The notes under the pieces are model-generated. The model did no database searches. It saw nothing but the letters and a program-made list of their open reading frames with translations, and had not been told where the DNA came from. Below, one piece after another: positions 29,601-38,870 of a stretch of DNA of 64,000 nucleotides (position 1 is the first letter of the stretch; each line of letters begins with the position of its first letter). The translations under genes were made by a program, and so were the position numbers. Source of the DNA: Treponemataceae bacterium (lineage in GTDB: Bacteria; Spirochaetota; Spirochaetia; Treponematales; Rectinemataceae); assembly GCA_963678065.2 (NCBI GenBank), contig CAXXVZ010000003.1, forward strand, positions 864,001 through 928,000, in the 5' to 3' direction.

Positions 29601-29770
29601 AGGCGGCTGACAAAGCCACTCCCGTGAAGGCTGTCAAGGCAGTCAAGGAGACCGCAAAGAAAGCTGTCGCCGAGAAGCCCGCGAGGGGCAGAAAGGCCGC
29701 CGTGGCCGAGGTTCCGGCGACCAAGAGGTCCGTCGGAAGGCCGAAGGGCACCGGCAAGAAAGCCAAGTAA
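26612..29770 (+). CDS. ppdK: Pyruvate phosphate dikinase with Lys/Ala-rich C-terminal extension
   Basis: LGGKG, VSVRSGA, GGKTSHAAVVAR, GIGLCRTEHMF, GTNDLTQ, GICGEHGG; ~166-aa basic tail. Confidence 0.97.
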   Translation: MAKTKYVFAFGGGTAEGAGMSKDILGGKGSGLMDMTSIGLPVPAGFTVGIPACEEYYKAGRKLPKSVVDEVKAAVVKLEKTVGKKLGDNKDPLLVSVRSGAARSMPGMLETILNLGLNDMSVEGLAIKTNNARFAYDSYRRFIQMYSTTAMGLSKEPMEEMLSEMKKKVGVKSDTDLSAENLKELCEEFKAFYKANKGDDFPQDPMEQLWGAIDAVFNSWEAEKSVTYRRVEKITDLKGTAVNVVQMVFGNKGDTSGTGVCFTRDPNSGANEFYGDCLINAQGEDVVAGIRTPMKLVELETRLPKAYKQLCQVRKILEKNFKEMQDLEFTIEDEKLYMLQCRTGKRLPSAAFKIAVDMVNEKLITKAEAISRITPEQIEGVFYPVIDIAKVGPAKLKELKIATGIDAVPGAATGKLVFTAAEAEARAAAGESVILLRKETSPEDVGGMHAAQGILTATGGKTSHAAVVARGWGKCCIVGCEALDIDEKAKTLKVGGKILVEGDEVTLNGTTGEVFLTALPLKKPEQTKEFKTLLSWCDEIRTLKVRTNADTPYDSVKAVELGAEGIGLCRTEHMFFDTEERRLAIQEMIVADNLEARKLALAKLLPFQREDFIGIFKAMNGKPVTIRLIDPPLHEFTPKDEAGVKRLSEATGLSPEKIQLRCDQLHESNPMLGHRGCRLTITYPEILEMQVTAIIEAAVECAKKKVVVSPEIMIPLVIDRKELKILVDQTRVVADAIIAKAKSKITYLVGTMIEIPRAALLANEIAEVAEFFSCGTNDLTQMTLGLSRDDAGRFLPDYVRTEKEGGKEIFAQDPFVSLDQSGVGQLVKMAIEKGRSTRKNLKVGICGEHGGEARSVKFCHAVGMNYVSCSPYRVPIARLAAAQAAIEEKKVIAVAKAEAKALKEAAAAKAAAKVAPRAKKAVKVVAEVKKPGRGRPAAAKPEVAVKVAKLSAKTTPKAATKAAAKIVTVKEEPKKAGRKPTGAVKAADKAAPVKAVKAADKATPVKAVKAVKETAKKAVAEKPARGRKAAVAEVPATKRSVGRPKGTGKKAK
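29561..29640 (+). repeat. 36-bp tandem repeat (about 2.2 copies) in the ppdK tail
   Basis: GTCAAGGCGGCTGACAAAGCC(G/A)CTCCCGTGAAGGCT at 29561 and 29597. Confidence 0.85.
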
Positions 29771-29790
29771 ACCACGCTTATTCGCCTGAG

Positions 29791-29852
29791 TTATGCGCCT
29801 TCTTCACGGTAGGCGCATAAAGAGGCCCCCGGAAAAATCCGGGGGCCTCTTT
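29791..29852. terminator. Double hairpin / bidirectional intrinsic terminator between ppdK and dtd
   Basis: TTATGCGCCT..AGGCGCATAA and AAAGAGGCCCCCGGA-AAAA-TCCGGGGGCCTCTTT. Confidence 0.8.
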
Positions 29853-29867
29853 ATTGACAGGTCAATC

Positions 29868-30317
29868 CTAGAAAATCTTTTTCGAATCGAGGAGGATGGT
29901 GACCGGCCCCTCGTTCGTGTAGCTCACCCTCATCACGGCCTGGAATTCCCCCGTCTCAACCGGAAGGCCGTAGATTTTCAGTTCCTCGACAAAGGCCGTG
30001 TACAGGCCCCGCGCCATTTCGGGCGCCGCGGCGTCGGAATAGCCGGGTCGCCTGCCCTTGCGCGCGTCGGCGAAGAGCGTGAACTGGGAGACCGCGAGGA
30101 TGCCTCCTCCTCTATCGAGGATGGAGAGATTCATCTTTTCATCCGCATCCATGAAGATACGCAGGTTGACGATTTTTTCCGCGAGCCAGCGCGCATCTTC
30201 CCTGCTGTCATCCTTCCCGACCCCAATATAGACGAGGAGTCCGTCGCCGATAGCTCCCTTCGTCACTCCCTGCACCGTCACGCGCGCGTCGCTCACCCTC
30301 TGCAGCACAACCCTCAT
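29868..30317 (-). CDS. dtd: D-aminoacyl-tRNA deacylase
   Basis: MRVVLQRV, SQFTL, KGRRP, NEGPVT. Confidence 0.95.
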   Translation of the reverse strand: MRVVLQRVSDARVTVQGVTKGAIGDGLLVYIGVGKDDSREDARWLAEKIVNLRIFMDADEKMNLSILDRGGGILAVSQFTLFADARKGRRPGYSDAAAPEMARGLYTAFVEELKIYGLPVETGEFQAVMRVSYTNEGPVTILLDSKKIF

Positions 30318-31192
30318 CTGCCTTCTCCCGTAATCAAAACAACGCGTTCCGCCTCAAGCGTGAAACGCGTACCTTTCGTCACGATTCGTCCCTCGACCTC
30401 GACGGCAGAGCCGGCCGCAGGAGGCTTTTCTGCACACACCACCTTCACGAGAGCTTCAACCAGTTTCAGGTCGACGCTCCCTGCCACGAGGAGGAAACTG
30501 CCGCCTGTCGCGAGGCTTTCAGTGTTCGAGGCTACGCCTCTCCATCTCACCTTCGCGTTTGCGAATTTCTCAGGATCGGCCAGGACATCGCCTGGCGCGG
30601 GGCCGAAGACGACCGCGGCTCCAGATACGATCCGGCCTTCAGGGCCGGACTGTCCGGGCTCTTCCGGGCCTTTCCCCATGAAAACAAGGACACCCGCCAC
30701 GGCCAGCACGAGAAAGACGACTTCCACGATCCATACGAAAATCCTGCGCCTGTGCGGGTCCGACAGCCCACGGTCAGGAAGGATGCCATCGATGCGGGGA
30801 ATCACCACATTCGCGCCGTTCCTCCCGGAATTCTGTCTCGACCTGATGATGTCCATGGCTCTGCGGGCATACGGATCATCCGGACTTCCTTCGAGGATGC
30901 CGAGGCAGAGCCCGGCGGCCGCAGCGTCGTCGCCTCTGGCCACAAGGGCCGCGACGAGGCAGAGGCAGATATCTCTGTCCGAAGGCGCGAGCTGCTGCGC
31001 GCGATTCAGGTAGGTCACGGCGGCGAGGTAATCTTCCAGGCGAAGGAAGGATGAGCCGAGGAGACGGTAGAATTCTGCCGAGTTCCGGTACAGGGGAATC
31101 ATGGGCTCCAGGAGCAGTGTCAACTTCTTCCAGCGCCCGAAGGCGTGCAGCCTCCTGGCCTTCGCGAGAGGATCATCCTTCATGCGGCTCAT
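30314..31192 (-). CDS. TPR + transmembrane + OB-fold-like protein
   Basis: N-terminal TPR-like helices, TM segment IFVWIVEVVFLVLAVAGVLVFM, KVRWRGV..VEVEGRI; ATGA overlaps at both ends. Confidence 0.65.
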   Translation of the reverse strand: MSRMKDDPLAKARRLHAFGRWKKLTLLLEPMIPLYRNSAEFYRLLGSSFLRLEDYLAAVTYLNRAQQLAPSDRDICLCLVAALVARGDDAAAAGLCLGILEGSPDDPYARRAMDIIRSRQNSGRNGANVVIPRIDGILPDRGLSDPHRRRIFVWIVEVVFLVLAVAGVLVFMGKGPEEPGQSGPEGRIVSGAAVVFGPAPGDVLADPEKFANAKVRWRGVASNTESLATGGSFLLVAGSVDLKLVEALVKVVCAEKPPAAGSAVEVEGRIVTKGTRFTLEAERVVLITGEGR

Positions 31193-32565
31193 TTCCCGTT
31201 GTATTTCCCCTGCAAAGCGGTGATCCTCCGCTTCCACTCCGCCAGCTGCGAGTCCGAAACGCTGCCTGGATTGGCGATGCCTGCGTTTATCTTGCCGAGC
31301 AAATCCCACAATTCAGCGATATCGGCTTCCATGGCAGTTCGCCGTGCCACGGGCGCAGCGGATGCCGCCGGCGCAGGCGCGGAAGCGGCCGGCGTACTCG
31401 CAGCCGGAGCTGCGACAGATGCAGTGGAAGCTGCAAGGATCGCCGCTGCGGTGGATGGCACGACCGATGCCGCCGCGGCTGGGGTCGCGACGGGGGCCGG
31501 AAGGACGGCGGGCGCCGATGATGTAGCGGGAGTCGGCGTCGGCGATACGATCGTTGGTCCGGAAGGAAGGACCACAGGTCCGGCAGGGGCCGCGGCGGAA
31601 ACAGTGGTGACTGGCGACGAGGCCGGCGTCTCCCCTGTCACAACAGTCGGCGGCGGTGCGGTGGCCTGGCTACCCTGCGATGTCGCGGCGGGCTGAGCGG
31701 TTATCAAGGGGACCGAAGAAGCCTTTGTCACATCGGAGGAGGATTTGGCGACCAGGGCTTTTCCGGGCAGGGACACCATGTTGAAGCTGAGCTTCCACAC
31801 CGCGTTCCGCGCAAGGTTTTCGGGGAGCCAGTACAGTGCCATGGCCGAATCGTTGATCGAGAAAGGAGCGAAGGAGAATCCCCGAAGACCGCTCGCCTCG
31901 AAAGACCAGTTGGAATCGGAGAGACGCTTCCAGTTGGCAAGCACGATTTCGTCAGGTGGCGTGATGCCCTCGCCCGCGAGATCGACCCGGAGTGTCGCGT
32001 ACTCTCCTGGGCTCGTGATGGAGCGCTCGGCCACATCCTTCGTGATGCGCGTTTCCTCGGTGACCTTGGATTGGCTCCCTGTCGAGAAGTGCTGTCCATC
32101 TTTTTCGCCGAGCCAGGTATCGAGGAGCATGCGAAAACCCACCCTGATGTCCTGGCTTCCCGTATTCTCGATATCGAATGACATCTTGAAGGAGTCGGCA
32201 ACGGAAGAGCCTTCGGACTTCACAAGCTCGATGCGTTGGCGCACAACGCAGGAGGAGGATTTGAAGAATATCACGACCCCGTGCTCTATTCTGGCGAGGG
32301 AAAACCTGAACTCCGCAGCCTCGCCGAGTCGGTAGTAGCGTGAGTCGAGCGCGAGTGTCGGGAAAGTCGTCCGCGAATCCTGGTCGAAGAGGAGGGGCTC
32401 GTAGCGGTTCCGCCCAACCTCGGCGAGGCGGTAGAACGCGACACGACCCGTAATATCGTTGACAACGAGCTTGACGACTCCCTCGCCGAGCTCCAAGGAG
32501 GACAGGGGCAGGATAAGGACGGCGGCAAAGAGCAGCGCGAAAGACAGCGCACAGGGCCTTCTCAT
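31189..32565 (-). CDS. Exported hypothetical protein with Pro/Ala/Thr-rich linker
   Basis: Signal peptide MRRPCALSFALL; beta-rich domain (RMLLDTWLGE, LANWKRL); low-complexity linker; short C-terminal helical domain. Confidence 0.7.
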   Translation of the reverse strand: MRRPCALSFALLFAAVLILPLSSLELGEGVVKLVVNDITGRVAFYRLAEVGRNRYEPLLFDQDSRTTFPTLALDSRYYRLGEAAEFRFSLARIEHGVVIFFKSSSCVVRQRIELVKSEGSSVADSFKMSFDIENTGSQDIRVGFRMLLDTWLGEKDGQHFSTGSQSKVTEETRITKDVAERSITSPGEYATLRVDLAGEGITPPDEIVLANWKRLSDSNWSFEASGLRGFSFAPFSINDSAMALYWLPENLARNAVWKLSFNMVSLPGKALVAKSSSDVTKASSVPLITAQPAATSQGSQATAPPPTVVTGETPASSPVTTVSAAAPAGPVVLPSGPTIVSPTPTPATSSAPAVLPAPVATPAAAASVVPSTAAAILAASTASVAAPAASTPAASAPAPAASAAPVARRTAMEADIAELWDLLGKINAGIANPGSVSDSQLAEWKRRITALQGKYNGK

Positions 32566-33434
32566 TTGCCCCCCTCCGAATTCATCCTGCGTATGTACTT
32601 CTCCAGAAGATCGAGCGTTTCCGCCTTGGCGGCAAGCAGCGCAGCGAGTTTTTCCTGTCCGGCCGCGTTTTCCGCACCCACGCCGGAGGCCGCGGGCTTT
32701 CCCTGAAGCGCCGCGAGCCTCGCATTGAGATCTGAGACCTGAGCGCGCAGACCCGCGATCGTGGCCTCCAGATCTCCGATCTTCCGGTTGTATTCGACCT
32801 TTACGGCGGAAGCGGAGATGCGCGCGCGCTCCAGTTCGTCCAGAAGTGCCCTTTCCCTGTCCTTCTGAGCCAGACTTTCGAGCCGATACCGCGCCGCTTC
32901 GTATTTGACGCTTGTCGGATAGTCTCTGACGATGGCCTGGAAAACGGTCCGCGCAAGCTCGGGCTTGTCCATCGCGTACAGGCACTCGCCCATCCAGTAG
33001 ATGGCTGAGGGCCTCAAGGGGTGAGTCCACAGCGGCTCGTTGACGAACCACTTAAAAGTCTCATAGGCCGCCATGAGATCGCCGGCGACGAACTGGATGC
33101 GTCCTCTCTGATAGAGAAGATCGAGGAGGTGGCGGCTGTCGCGGTAGCTCGTGCGGAAGGTCTCGATGTCGGGCAGGACGGAGACGGTCTCGCCGAGGGC
33201 GATCCTGGACATGATCGTCCAGTACTGCGCGTCGGAGCGCGGCGTATACCGCTCATCGGCGCCGGCGGCCTGACGGAACAGGGGCAGCGCCTCGGCGTAG
33301 CGTCCCTGGGAGAAGAGGAGGAGTCCCTGGTCGACTCCGGAACGCGGATCGAGTCCCTGCGCATGCGCAGCCTGGGCAGTTGCCAGGACGGCAATGACGA
33401 GAAGGGCTGATCTGATTCCCCGTTTTCTTTCCAT
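32562..33434 (-). CDS. Exported TPR protein (BamD/CpoB-like) with coiled coil
   Basis: Signal peptide, AQYW and AIYWMGECLY TPRs, IVRDYPTS, C-terminal coiled coil. Confidence 0.75.
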   Translation of the reverse strand: MERKRGIRSALLVIAVLATAQAAHAQGLDPRSGVDQGLLLFSQGRYAEALPLFRQAAGADERYTPRSDAQYWTIMSRIALGETVSVLPDIETFRTSYRDSRHLLDLLYQRGRIQFVAGDLMAAYETFKWFVNEPLWTHPLRPSAIYWMGECLYAMDKPELARTVFQAIVRDYPTSVKYEAARYRLESLAQKDRERALLDELERARISASAVKVEYNRKIGDLEATIAGLRAQVSDLNARLAALQGKPAASGVGAENAAGQEKLAALLAAKAETLDLLEKYIRRMNSEGGK

Positions 33435-33580
33435 GCGGCTCGAACTCCCCCGGAACGGAATTACATTCCCACTCTTTGCATATCGGCATGAGGGATGCAC
33501 GCATTGACCACAATCCTCTGAAGCGACGGGGCTCGCCTTGCCCCGCCCGCCGCCCCTACTCCTTCTGCCGGGGCGGTTCG

Positions 33581-34246
33581 TCAGAGCGCGGAATAGGCCT
33601 GCCTGGCCGCCTCAACTTCGGATCCAGGATCGGCTGATGCAAAAAATGCGCTTCCCATCACGAGAACGTCCGGAGCCGCTCCGACGATGCGCCCGAGCGT
33701 CGAGGAATTGACTCCGCCGTCGATCGAAATGAGGAAAGACAGGCCGCGCTCATGGCGAATTTCGGAGAGTCTTTTGACTTTTTCGAGGCAGGAGGGAATC
33801 ATGGACTGCCCGCCCGCTCCGGGATTCACGGTCATGACGAGGACGAGATCCACCGACTCGAGGAGCTCCGTTATCTGGCTGACAGGCGTCGCCGGCACGA
33901 TTGAAATGCCAGCCTTTTTTCCGGCCGCCTTGATTTTCTGGACGAGAAGGTGGGAGTGCACGCAAGCCTCGGTGTGGAAGGTGATGTAGTCGGCGCCAGC
34001 CTCGACGAAGGACTGGACCTGGCGCTCGGGCTCCACCGTCATGAGGTGGGCGTCCAGCACGAGCTTTGTCCTCGGCCGCAAATCGGCAACCATCTTCGCG
34101 CCGAACGTGATGGAGGGAACGAAACGGCCGTCCATCACGTCGAGATGTATCCATTCGGCTGTAGACTCTTCGATACGCGCAATGCCGGATTTCATGTCGT
34201 AAAAATCGGCGGAGAGAACGGAAGCTGCGATGATGGGACGTTTCAT
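33581..34246 (-). CDS. rpe: Ribulose-phosphate 3-epimerase
   Basis: IHLDVMDGRFVP, DAHLM, VMTVNPG, IDGGV. Confidence 0.95.
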   Translation of the reverse strand: MKRPIIAASVLSADFYDMKSGIARIEESTAEWIHLDVMDGRFVPSITFGAKMVADLRPRTKLVLDAHLMTVEPERQVQSFVEAGADYITFHTEACVHSHLLVQKIKAAGKKAGISIVPATPVSQITELLESVDLVLVMTVNPGAGGQSMIPSCLEKVKRLSEIRHERGLSFLISIDGGVNSSTLGRIVGAAPDVLVMGSAFFASADPGSEVEAARQAYSAL

Positions 34247-34473
34247 AGAGTTTTCATAACATGAAGGGGCTTGCGTTTTCTACCGTCCCGTCCGCGTGGC
34301 CCTTCCCCGGCTTGATCGGACTCGCTTCCCCGCCTTACGGCCGCAACTGGCCGAAGTCTGGAACAGGGAGCTCCGATAGTGCCCTGTTTTTCGGCATCGA
34401 TTGACTACGGAAGGCGCGATGGGATAATATCGTATGGTTGGTATCTACGTCGTACACGAACCACCGGAAGAAC

Positions 34474-35412
34474 ATGAGCGAGCAGGAAAGCGTTTCCGCA
34501 CTCTTGATAAATGCATACGAGAGCCTCAGAAGCGTCGACCTCGACTCCGCGGTCGGGTTTTTCGACAAGGCCCTCGTGCTGGATTTCGAGTATCCGGAAA
34601 CCCTTTTTGCGCTGAAATGCGCCAACTTCTGGACGGACAGGATGGACAGGATCACGGCCCTCCCGGCGCCCTTCGAGCGGGGAGAATACATACTCTCCCA
34701 GTGGAAGGGATTCACGTCCTTTCTGGCCAAACTTTCCGGAGATTTCGAGCCCGCCCGCTACGCCTTCCGGCGCTTTGTCTTCGGTCTGGCCCTCAGAGAA
34801 TACCTAGCCGTCCCGGAGGAAGACCGGGCGAGCTGCGAGGCCGACCTCGAGTTCAGGCTTGGACGCTGCCGGAAGTGCTGTGGAGATTACGACGCCGCCA
34901 TCAGGCATCTCGAGACGGCAGCGAGGGCGCGCCGGGAAGACTCGGGCACCCTGGCGGAGCTGGCGGACGCCTACGCGCTTTCTGGCGAGATGCGGTCGTC
35001 CAAGGCGCTGTTCCGCGAGGCCTTCTACCTCGACCCTTCCGGCATCGACCTCGCCTTCCTCGAGTCGGAAATGATAACGCGACTCGCCGCGCGGGTCGCC
35101 GCCATACCCTACGAGGGAGCGGAGATCGCACAGTGGATACCGGTGTACGGGACTCTGTACGGAGTTTTCACGGTCAGGCGGGAGCTGCGTCAAGTCGAGG
35201 TCGGCAAGCTCAAACAGTCGATTTCGGAACTCGAGAGGGACATCAAGGACAACCCTAAAGAGGCTCCCCTTCTGAAGCCCCGTCTGATCAACCGGTACTT
35301 CTGGCTCGTGGACCATTACGAAGCGATCGGGGAAGCGCATTCCAGGATCGATGAAATCCTGCTGAAGGTGCGGCTTCTCGATCAGTCAGTATATACATTG
35401 TACATAGCCTAG
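34474..35412 (+). CDS. TPR protein upstream of greA
   Basis: TPR helices; LFREAF..DP and RLINRYFWL. Confidence 0.75.
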   Translation: MSEQESVSALLINAYESLRSVDLDSAVGFFDKALVLDFEYPETLFALKCANFWTDRMDRITALPAPFERGEYILSQWKGFTSFLAKLSGDFEPARYAFRRFVFGLALREYLAVPEEDRASCEADLEFRLGRCRKCCGDYDAAIRHLETAARARREDSGTLAELADAYALSGEMRSSKALFREAFYLDPSGIDLAFLESEMITRLAARVAAIPYEGAEIAQWIPVYGTLYGVFTVRRELRQVEVGKLKQSISELERDIKDNPKEAPLLKPRLINRYFWLVDHYEAIGEAHSRIDEILLKVRLLDQSVYTLYIA

Positions 35413-35424
35413 AGAGGAGAATAT

Positions 35425-38109
35425 ATGTCCGATTCGCAGCTTGTCCCCAGGGTCCAGGAACTTCTCAATGAGGAAAAGTGGACCAGGGCCACACTAGCCA
35501 ACTATTCCATCGCCAACCTGAAGGAACTGGATGCGCTCGTCGAAGAAGCCAAGCTGGAAAAATCCGACGACGAGATCAAGGCGATCTGCGACGAGCATCT
35601 CACCCATACCAAGAACAGCATAATCGCCCTCTACGTCTCGGGCATCATCACCCTCCTGCACCAGCAGATCGACGATTCCGCCATGGTGCAGCTCCTCGAC
35701 ATCTTCGCCGACTCGAAGCGCTGGAACGTCGTCGAGTTCATCTGCAACCGCGTCCTCGATTTCGGCGACAACAGGATGGCCCTGCGCCGTCTCTCCGAGG
35801 TCTACGAGAACGAAAACGAGACCGAGAAGAAGTACAGCACCTGGGAAAAACTCATCCGCGTGGATTTCGAGGAAGCGGATATCGTCAAAGCCCTGGCCGA
35901 ATACAAGGAAAAGAACGGCAACCGCGAGGAGTCCATCGACTTCTACAAGAAGGCCCTGCACCGGTACATCAACAAGGGCCTCTCGTCCAATGTCAAGGAG
36001 ATATGGGCCAAGCTCGTCGAGTCCTGTCCCCAGGACATCGACTTCTTCTTCCACGTCCAGCGCAAGATCGCCAAGCAGTTTTCGGTCGAGAAGGCGGCGT
36101 TCCTCCTCTCCGACCTGTTCCGCCATTACAAGGCCGCCGAGGACTGGAACACCGCCCTCGACATCCTCAAGCTCATCATATCGTACGACGACAAGGGCCC
36201 CGGCCTGCGCAAGGACGTGATAGACTGCTACCGGGGCAAATACGCGGGACACTCCCACCTCGACGACTACATCAGGATGTCCAATCTCTCGCAGTCATAC
36301 CGCAGTCTCAACGAGGCCATGGCCGACTTCGAGAAGCACATCGCCTTTGACGCCGGCAACTTCGTCTTCCACCGCACCTGGAATGTCGGAAGGATAGCCG
36401 TGATCAAGGGCGACGAGATCGTGATCGACTTCGCGAAGAGCAGGGGCCACAAGATGAGTCTCAAGATGGCTATCGACAGCCTGACCTCCCTCTCCAAAGA
36501 TCACATTTGGGTTCTCAAGGCGGTCTGGTCCAAGGAAAAGCTCCGCGACAAGGTCAAGAACGACCCGGTGTGGACCCTCAAAACCATCATCAAGAGTTTC
36601 GACAACAGAGCCGACCTCAAAAAGATCAAGGCCGAGCTTGTTCCCTCCGTCCTCACCGCGAGCGAATGGAATTCCTGGAGCTCCAAGGCCCGCGAAAACA
36701 TCAAGTCTGACCCCCTCTTCGGGAACGCCCAGGATGACATCGACACATTCATCGTCAGGGACCGCCCTCTCTCCCGCGAGGAGAAGATATACAACCAGTT
36801 CAAGGCCGAGAAGAACTTCTTCGAACGCGTGCAGTATGTCCGTGATTTCCTCGAATTCGGCGAGCCCGATTCCGAGTTCTTCGCCGAAATGCTCGCCCTG
36901 TTCACCGGTTTCGTTCGCAGCTACCAGAATGTGAACGAATATGTCGTGTCATCATATCTCTTTCTCAAGGAAATCGCGGGCGCCCATCCCCACCTCAACA
37001 GCACGGCCGGGTCCAGTTTCGCGGAGATGTTCGCCGAAATCGAGGATCCCTACGCGATCTATGAGTCGATCAAGGACGCGGGCCTCAAGAAGGACTATCT
37101 CTCCAACATCAAAAACTTCGTCCCGGAATGGACCGACGTCTACGTCCGGCTCTTCCCCTCCTGCCGTTCTCCCGAAATCCTCGCCCAGCTCGAAGCTACC
37201 GGCCACACCGACAAGCTCAAGAGCATGGTCATGAACATCATCGAAAACTACAAGGATTACCGGGAAGCCTTCATCTGGGTCGTAAAGAACCTCAAAGCCC
37301 AGCCCTGGTTCACCGAGATCGGGCTGCCCCAGGACAAAATCCTCATCACCCTCGTCCACATCCTCGACCTCACCTTCAAAGAGATGGAAAGCCACAGGGA
37401 CACGACGGAAAACCGCAAGATCAACAAGCAGGTCCAGACTATCCTCTTCAAGGAAGGCGAGCTCAAGACTTTCCTCGGCCAGGCATCGGCCGAAACCATC
37501 GAAAGGATTTTCGTTCTCGTCGGCGAGGTGAAGGATCTCGACCCCGCCATCAAACTCGATCTTCGGCGCGAGATCTCGCGCCGCTATCCTGACTTCAAGT
37601 TCGGCAACGAGGAAGAGAAGACCATCGTCTCCCGGGGACTCATCGTCACGCCCGCGAAGTACGAGGAGAAGAACCGACTCCTGCAGCAGATCCTGGAAGT
37701 GGAAGTTCCGACCAACCAGAAGGAAATTGCCTACGCCCTTTCCCTCGGCGACTTGCGCGAAAATGCCGAGTACAAGGCCGCAAAGGAAAAGCAGGACGAG
37801 CTCAACTCCAAGGTTGCCAAACTCAAGAACGAGATCGAGCGCGCCCAGCTCTTCGACAAGACGAGCATCAACACGGCGAAAGTATCCTTCGGAACTGTCG
37901 TGAGGCTCCACAACGACCTCACGCAGCAGACGGAAACCTACACCATCCTCGGCCCCTGGGAGTCCGATCCCGACTCCAACGTCATCTCCTACCTCTCGCC
38001 CCTCGGGAAGAAACTCTTCAACCACAAGGTCGGCGACAAGCTCTCCTTCCTCATCCATGAGAGATCCTTCCAGTACCTCGTGGAGGAAATCACCGCCATA
38101 AAGATCTGA
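35425..38109 (+). CDS. greA: Transcription elongation factor GreA, long spirochaetal form
   Basis: C-terminal GDLRENAEYKAAKE, ILGPWESD, ISYLSPLG; ~730-aa helical N-terminal extension. Confidence 0.93.
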   Translation: MSDSQLVPRVQELLNEEKWTRATLANYSIANLKELDALVEEAKLEKSDDEIKAICDEHLTHTKNSIIALYVSGIITLLHQQIDDSAMVQLLDIFADSKRWNVVEFICNRVLDFGDNRMALRRLSEVYENENETEKKYSTWEKLIRVDFEEADIVKALAEYKEKNGNREESIDFYKKALHRYINKGLSSNVKEIWAKLVESCPQDIDFFFHVQRKIAKQFSVEKAAFLLSDLFRHYKAAEDWNTALDILKLIISYDDKGPGLRKDVIDCYRGKYAGHSHLDDYIRMSNLSQSYRSLNEAMADFEKHIAFDAGNFVFHRTWNVGRIAVIKGDEIVIDFAKSRGHKMSLKMAIDSLTSLSKDHIWVLKAVWSKEKLRDKVKNDPVWTLKTIIKSFDNRADLKKIKAELVPSVLTASEWNSWSSKARENIKSDPLFGNAQDDIDTFIVRDRPLSREEKIYNQFKAEKNFFERVQYVRDFLEFGEPDSEFFAEMLALFTGFVRSYQNVNEYVVSSYLFLKEIAGAHPHLNSTAGSSFAEMFAEIEDPYAIYESIKDAGLKKDYLSNIKNFVPEWTDVYVRLFPSCRSPEILAQLEATGHTDKLKSMVMNIIENYKDYREAFIWVVKNLKAQPWFTEIGLPQDKILITLVHILDLTFKEMESHRDTTENRKINKQVQTILFKEGELKTFLGQASAETIERIFVLVGEVKDLDPAIKLDLRREISRRYPDFKFGNEEEKTIVSRGLIVTPAKYEEKNRLLQQILEVEVPTNQKEIAYALSLGDLRENAEYKAAKEKQDELNSKVAKLKNEIERAQLFDKTSINTAKVSFGTVVRLHNDLTQQTETYTILGPWESDPDSNVISYLSPLGKKLFNHKVGDKLSFLIHERSFQYLVEEITAIKI

Positions 38110-38125
38110 GAATAGAGAAATCGTG

Positions 38126-38165
38126 AAAAAGGCGCAGATTCCGGGAAGGAGCTGCGCCTTTTTTC
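38126..38165. terminator. Bidirectional intrinsic terminator
   Basis: AAAAAGGCGCAG...CTGCGCCTTTTTT between convergent genes. Confidence 0.8.
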
Positions 38166-38228
38166 TATAAGGCGGTACCCTTTTTTATAGTGGCAGTGCC
38201 TTTTCTTATACGGCGCCTTTCTTCCCTG

Positions 38229-38870
38229 TCAGGGGCCACGTGAAGAAGCGGAAAGCCTCCTCACTCCCACGAGCCGCCTCCGCCAGTTCCCATCGTCGAG
38301 CGACGAAATGATCACACCTCTTTTTTCGCCCTCGGAAGCCGAGTGTATGAAAGTTTCCGAGGAGAGCGCTATGCCGACGTGGTAGATTTCTCCATCGCGG
38401 GCGAACAGCAGGATATCGCCGGGGGACATCTGACCGCCCACACGCTCCCCGACGATGGCGTAATCGCCTGAACTTCGGGGAAATACTCTGCCCATGCCCG
38501 TCGCCTTGGCAAGAACGGCCCCCACATACCCTGAACAGTCGGTGCCCGACATCGAAGAGCCTCCGTAGGCGTAGGGAACGCCCTTCCAGCGCAGGGCCTC
38601 CGCGACGATCGCGAGGACTGACTCATCCATCGGGTCCGGCAGGGGAGGTGGTTTGAGGGAGAAGAGGGGGTCGGGCTCAAAGGAGAGACCGCGCGCGATG
38701 GGAAGAACCAGAGCCGGGGCATGGACAGCGCTGTCCACCTCGGGAGCCTCCGAGGCGAAGGCCTGTTGCATCGCGCAGAGCATCCCGAGGCCGGCGGCGC
38801 AGGCCAGGAAGAAGCGGAGCGAACCCCTGCCCGCCTCAGCCCGCGCTGTGCGCCGCGTTTCGCGCATCAT
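38229..38870 (-). CDS. NlpC/P60 peptidoglycan peptidase
   Basis: GVPYAYGG, DCSG, PGDILLF, HVGI, FIHS. Confidence 0.9.
   Translation of the reverse strand: MMRETRRTARAEAGRGSLRFFLACAAGLGMLCAMQQAFASEAPEVDSAVHAPALVLPIARGLSFEPDPLFSLKPPPLPDPMDESVLAIVAEALRWKGVPYAYGGSSMSGTDCSGYVGAVLAKATGMGRVFPRSSGDYAIVGERVGGQMSPGDILLFARDGEIYHVGIALSSETFIHSASEGEKRGVIISSLDDGNWRRRLVGVRRLSASSRGP

Noticed and set aside
35425..38109. 894-aa GreA as a novel fusion
   Set aside because: Long N-terminally extended GreA is already known in spirochaetes and chlamydiae.
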